A stretch of 64,000 bases of DNA, taken from Eledone cirrhosa (Eukaryota). How positions within the stretch are numbered: position 1 is the first letter of the stretch; the number at the start of each line of letters is the position of its first letter. The DNA lies in contig OZ024742.1 of the NCBI GenBank assembly GCA_964016885.1, forward strand, positions 318,990,001 through 319,054,000, given 5' to 3'. The position numbers and the translations under genes are program-made. Shown here one piece after another: positions 61,537 through 64,000 of the stretch. The notes under the pieces are model-generated. The model did not search any database, was not told the DNA's origin, and saw nothing but the letters and a program-made list of their open reading frames with translations.

Positions 61537-62860
61537 ATTATGGCTTTTATTTATTAAGTCTTTTTCTTGTTAAGAGTTCAAAATAAGAAATATAGGAAAC
61601 ATGTTTTGGAATGGATACTTTATAATAATGATTTGTATTAGATATAGTTTTCTTTTAAAAGAAAACTATAAGAAAAAAAATTAAAAAGCAAAAAAAACCA
61701 AAAAAAAAACCAAAACAATATTTCATCACAGAACCATTGCTGGCATGAGACATGATAGTCATGATCAGACTGTGTTTGTCATATATCAGCAACATATTTT
61801 GGTATAAAACATCAACTTACACTCTGAAACTCCTTTTAACAAGAGAACATTAATATATTGAAATTGAAACAAAAACTGATAAAGTATAGGGGGAAATATT
61901 TTAACCCCTTCACCCTTTTTTTTCTAAATGAAAGAGAAAATATCAACATTTTTATTTAAAATGTAGCAATTGTTTTCTACTTTGTTTTTAACTATTCCTT
62001 GACTTTCTAACCCCCACCCCCACTCACAATACTCAAAGTATTGCTATTTTCTCAATGAAACTGCAGTACGGACATTATAGTAAGAAGGTAAAGATTGTTT
62101 TCTTATCTTGTTTGCATTTCCCAGATATGATATTATATATATACATATATTTATTTATTAAGTTTCAGAAGATCCCGTTAAGGGTGAAAGCAGCGATTCT
62201 TTGCTTAAACTTTAATCTGTTATTTTAATAAATATTTGGTCTAGGGTTCTTATATATTTGATATATTTATCCTTATCGAGCCCTCTTTGGATTTTAGTCT
62301 TCACATTTATTTTTATTACTACATATATATATATATATGTGTGTATGCACAAATGAGAGAAAGAAGTACACAATACATGTAGTTAAGTTTATTAATTTGT
62401 TCAAAGATAAGATTCAGCTTTGAATAAATAAATAATACATGTGAAAGAGAGTGAGATAGAGTACACAATTTTTCTTCTGCTAATCAAAGACTTTGTAAGA
62501 GATAAAGTTATATGAAGAACTTTCATATTGCATACATTTAAATAATAATACTGAAATGGAAAAGAAAACTGTAAAGTTAGTTTGCAAGACTGAAATCCAT
62601 CATAGTAAATATGTAGATGTGTGTGATACAGATAAGGAGACAAATAACTGTATCCATGTGAGAGGAAAATGACAATGGTATTACTATTGACAGTAGATTG
62701 GTGGTTAAATGTCAGATATATAATTAATGGGATTCTGTTTGGTGGTTTCATAAAACCCAAGCAGTCAGATCCCATCATTGTTCAGACAGGTGGGTGGATA
62801 ATCACTGTATTATTATAGGTATAATATCTATGGCTCCCATATAACAGCTCATTATTATTA

Positions 62861-62924
<64 letters not shown>

Positions 62925-62926
<2 letters not shown>

Positions 62927-63325
62927 TAATAATCGTTTCTACTTTTGGCACAAGGCCAGCAATTTCCCCAGTGCATTACTGGTGCTTTATTTTATTGAAC
63001 CCGTAAGGATGAAAGGCAAAGTTAACCTCAGATTGTAAAGGAGCGTAACTATGCTGCAAAGCATGGCGTTCAACCCTCTACTGATACTGCCAATCCACTG
63101 CTCATTATTATTATTAATATTAAATATAATAATAATTGTTTCTACTTTAGGCACAAGGCCAGGAATTACCCAGTGCATTACTGGTACTTTTATTTTATCG
63201 ACCCCGTAAGGATGAAAGGCAAAGTCAACCTCGGCGGGATTTGAACTCAGATCGTAAAGGGACGTAACTATGCTGGAAAGCATGGCGTCCAACCCTCTAC
63301 CGATACTGCCAATCCACCGCCCTTT
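62925..63325 (-). mobile_element. Two tandem tRNA-derived SINEs
   Basis: Same family as 24013-24197; copies at about 62925-63103 and 63130-63325. Confidence 0.88.
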
Positions 63326-63667
63326 ATAATAATAATAATAATGAGCAGGAACAAAATATCAATATTACAAGAATATGTTTATTCAAAATGTACATCACAT
63401 GTGAATAAACATATTGATGTCATATAGATATTTTGTTCCTGCTCCTTAAGGATACTGATAATGGTTAAGTACAAAACGTAGAATCCTACATCAGTAACCA
63501 GACCCACATATTAGCATCGAGTGCTCAAACTGGCGAATCATCAGTAACTAAACATTACACACCAATATATATACACTATATATAATATATATATATCTTA
63601 TTTTTAAAAACCATAGGTGAAAGCATGGAAGACACACAAGCACAGTTCCCACTCATCGCCTGTCTTC

Positions 63668-63725
<58 letters not shown>

Positions 63726-64000
63726 CCCCCACAAAAAACGTATACACACTTTGATTACCTATACAGGCAATATTTATTAGAATGCTGTTGAAGAGTGTAT
63801 ATATTTTGGGGGGACACCCTGTATATACAGACTGTAATTGATCATGCTGTCAACAGGTCAAGTCTTACTACTGCTATAGATTAGTTATCAACCTTCAGCA
63901 AGGCACATAACTCTGCTTGCTCCGGATTGCCTGACTGCCAGTAGATAAATAAAATTAAGTAGAGCATCCAGCTGTAAAAATAATTACTCAATAGGAGGGG

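Noticed and set aside
42500-64000. A second host gene in the distal third
   Set aside because: Short ORFs are antisense to LINEs, microsatellite-derived or low complexity, and no consistent exon chain was found. Small exons of a long gene cannot be excluded without RNA data.

Overview
AT-rich, repeat-dense eukaryotic DNA from an invertebrate animal. The mix of SINEs, RTE and CR1 LINEs, MITEs and (TA)n arrays suggests a cephalopod such as Octopus; this is inferred, not database-checked. One host gene can be built by hand: a 6-exon GILT/IFI30 lysosomal thiol reductase (+, 20764-32829, 251 aa, CPDC active site, CQHGx2ECx2Nx4C signature, all introns phase 0). The rest is mostly mobile DNA: a decayed Ty3/gypsy provirus with both LTRs, PBS, PPT and TSD; CR1, RTE, Tx1/L1 and CRE-like (RLE) LINE pieces; maT/mariner/hAT/piggyBac/Mutator remnants and MITEs; non-autonomous Helitrons; tRNA-derived SINEs; and a 1.7-kb 31-bp minisatellite. 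The most unusual observation is a full set of hammerhead-ribozyme core motifs at 1032-1097 whose three strands are in an order matching none of types I/II/III, which implies a pseudoknotted or dimeric fold. Other notable points: palindromes built from hammerhead/Penelope-like fragments, a PHD finger inserted inside the RT of an RTE LINE family, a relic duplicate of GILT exon 3 within intron 1, a cluster of six CRE-like RLE fragments, and a local duplication that gives empty-site controls for two insertions. All calls come from reading the sequence only.
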